From positions 1 through 64,000 of the forward strand of contig JAGTQC010000001.1 in assembly GCA_018396535.1 (NCBI GenBank): a DNA stretch of 64,000 nucleotides, read 5' to 3'. Position numbers and translations under genes: made by a program. Every line of letters starts with the position of its first letter. Positions within the stretch are counted from its first letter, which is position 1. This stretch comes from Candidatus Bathyarchaeota archaeon (GTDB lineage: Archaea; Thermoproteota; CALKCG01; B24; DRYS01). This document shows positions 62,641 through 64,000 of this stretch, in pieces. The notes beneath the pieces were generated by a model. It saw only the letters and a program-made list of their open reading frames with translations. It made no database searches and was not told the DNA's origin.

Positions 62641-63658
62641 TTAACTTCTACACCTCCATGGAGCGTTAAGAGGGAGTTCATATATAGGGAGACACCGTAT
62701 ACCGATGGAAGGTATGGGTGTAGACCTGATAGAAGACCTATCGATAAACTACTAGAGTATGGAGTGATACTACTCGATAAACCATCAGGCCCTACCAGTC
62801 ATGATGTAACAGCGCTTATCAGGAGGATAGTTGAAGCTAAGAAAGCTGGTCATGGCGGAACCCTAGAAGTCTAGATCTATAAGGGATCTAGACTGGGGAT
62901 ATCCAGCTGTTACAGGTGTTCTACCTATAACTCTGAATAATGCTGTTAAGATAGTTAGAGTTCTACTTAGCGGTGGTAAGGAGTATGTAGGCGTCATGAG
63001 GCTTCATGGAGATGTATCTAGGGATAAGATTAAATCATGCTTCGATATGTTCCAGGGAGAGATATATCAGAAGCCTCCTGTTAGATCATCTGTTAAGAGG
63101 AGGCTTAGAACTAGGCGTATATACTATCTGGAGCTTCTAGAGATCGATGGACGTGATGTACTGTTTCGTGTAGGCTGCGAGGCTGGGACGTATATAAGAA
63201 AGCTATGCTATGATATAGGCGAGATACTCGGCTGCGGTGCTCATATGAAGGAGCTTAGACGTACACGTGTTTCTACATTCACAGAGGATGAATGTGTACG
63301 TGTAGATGATATATTCGATGCTTACATGAGCTGGAAGGAGTCTGGGGATGAATCTATGCTTAGAAGGATTGTTAGACCTATGGAGGATGCTCTAACTATA
63401 CTACCTCAAGTTATCGTTAAGGATACGGCTGTCGAAGCTATATGTAATGGGGCAGATCTAGCGGTACCTGGTATAGTAGCATTCACAGGGGATATAAGAG
63501 AGGGGAGTCTTGTAGCTATACTAACGGTTAAAGGTGAGGGTGTAGCTTTAGGTTTAGCTCAGCTATCTGCGGAGAAGCTTCTAGAGAAGGAGAAGGGGAT
63601 AGCTGTTAAAACTGAGAGGGTTCTCATGCAGCCTGGTACCTATCCTAGGGTATGGTAA
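62641..63658 (+). CDS. cbf5: H/ACA pseudouridine synthase Cbf5, spliced: exon 1 ~62641-62866, exon 2 62901-63658
   Basis: [24 protein letters not shown], spliced [30 protein letters not shown] domain; start codon uncertain. Confidence 0.93.
62867..62900 (+). other. 34-nt BHB mRNA intron in cbf5
   Basis: CCCU-AG^A-AGUCUAGAUC(UAUAAGG)GAUCUAGACU-GGGG-AU^A-UCC; in-frame TAG at 62872-62874. Confidence 0.92.
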
Positions 63659-63659
63659 T

Positions 63660-64000
63660 CTACTCGTAGCGTAGAGCTTCTACAGGCTGGAGTTTAGCAG
63701 CTCTAAGAGCGGGTAGTAGACCACCTATAGCTCCGACAGAAAGGGATAATAGTATAGCGGATAGGATTAGATCGATCGATATCACGGGTGAGGCTGTGAA
63801 CGCTACACCTTCGATTATAGTTAGAGATCTATTAGTCAGTATATGAGCGCATATCATACCTGCTACCACACCTGCTAAGCCTCCTATGAAGCCTATTATG
63901 AGACTCTCAGAGAGTATTAGAAGCATAACCTGTCTATTTGTGAAGCCTACAGCTTTCATAACACCTATCTCCCTAGTCCTCTCCATAACAGATGTGAACA
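63660..64000 (-). CDS. FtsX/MacB-type ABC permease, 3' part (5' end outside window)
   Basis: ERTREIGVMKAVG, PALRAAKL.PVEALRYE. Confidence 0.92.
   Translation of the reverse strand, partial: FTSVMERTREIGVMKAVGFTNRQVMLLILSESLIIGFIGGLAGVVAGMICAHILTNRSLTIIEGVAFTASPVISIDLILSAILLSLSVGAIGGLLPALRAAKLQPVEALRYE

Overview
Gene-dense archaeal chromosome segment. The gene content (eL14, eL34, L35Ae, Gar1-TFB synteny, FBP aldolase/phosphatase, methanofuran-type C1 genes, DUF6785-like transporter, PPW-type Cbf5 N-terminus) points to a TACK/Thermoproteota lineage, possibly Bathyarchaeia; that taxonomy is inference. The window holds housekeeping and sugar-scavenging genes (1-21 kb), a partly decayed accessory region with a peptide/oligosaccharide ABC system (21-32 kb), C1/cofactor genes (43-49 kb) and a ribosomal-protein cluster from uS3 to cbf5 (51.5-63.7 kb). 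The strongest signal is at the RNA level and is invisible in the ORF track. Two protein-coding genes are interrupted by short bulge-helix-bulge (BHB)-type introns, each placed between nucleotides 1 and 2 of a catalytic or metal-binding Asp codon, with the same AGA/AUA bulges. One is the known kind of cbf5 intron (34 nt). The other is a 22-nt intron in a DHH/DHHA1 phosphoesterase gene, a gene class in which I know of no described intron. Also present are a tRNA-Gln(CUG) with two introns whose BHB motifs are mutually exclusive, a C/D box sRNA whose two guides match two distant regions of 16S rRNA near the central pseudoknot, and an unexplained ~330-nt highly structured non-coding element with a perfect 57-bp inverted repeat. 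Two genes (cooC-like, cbf5) have TTA where the start codon is expected.
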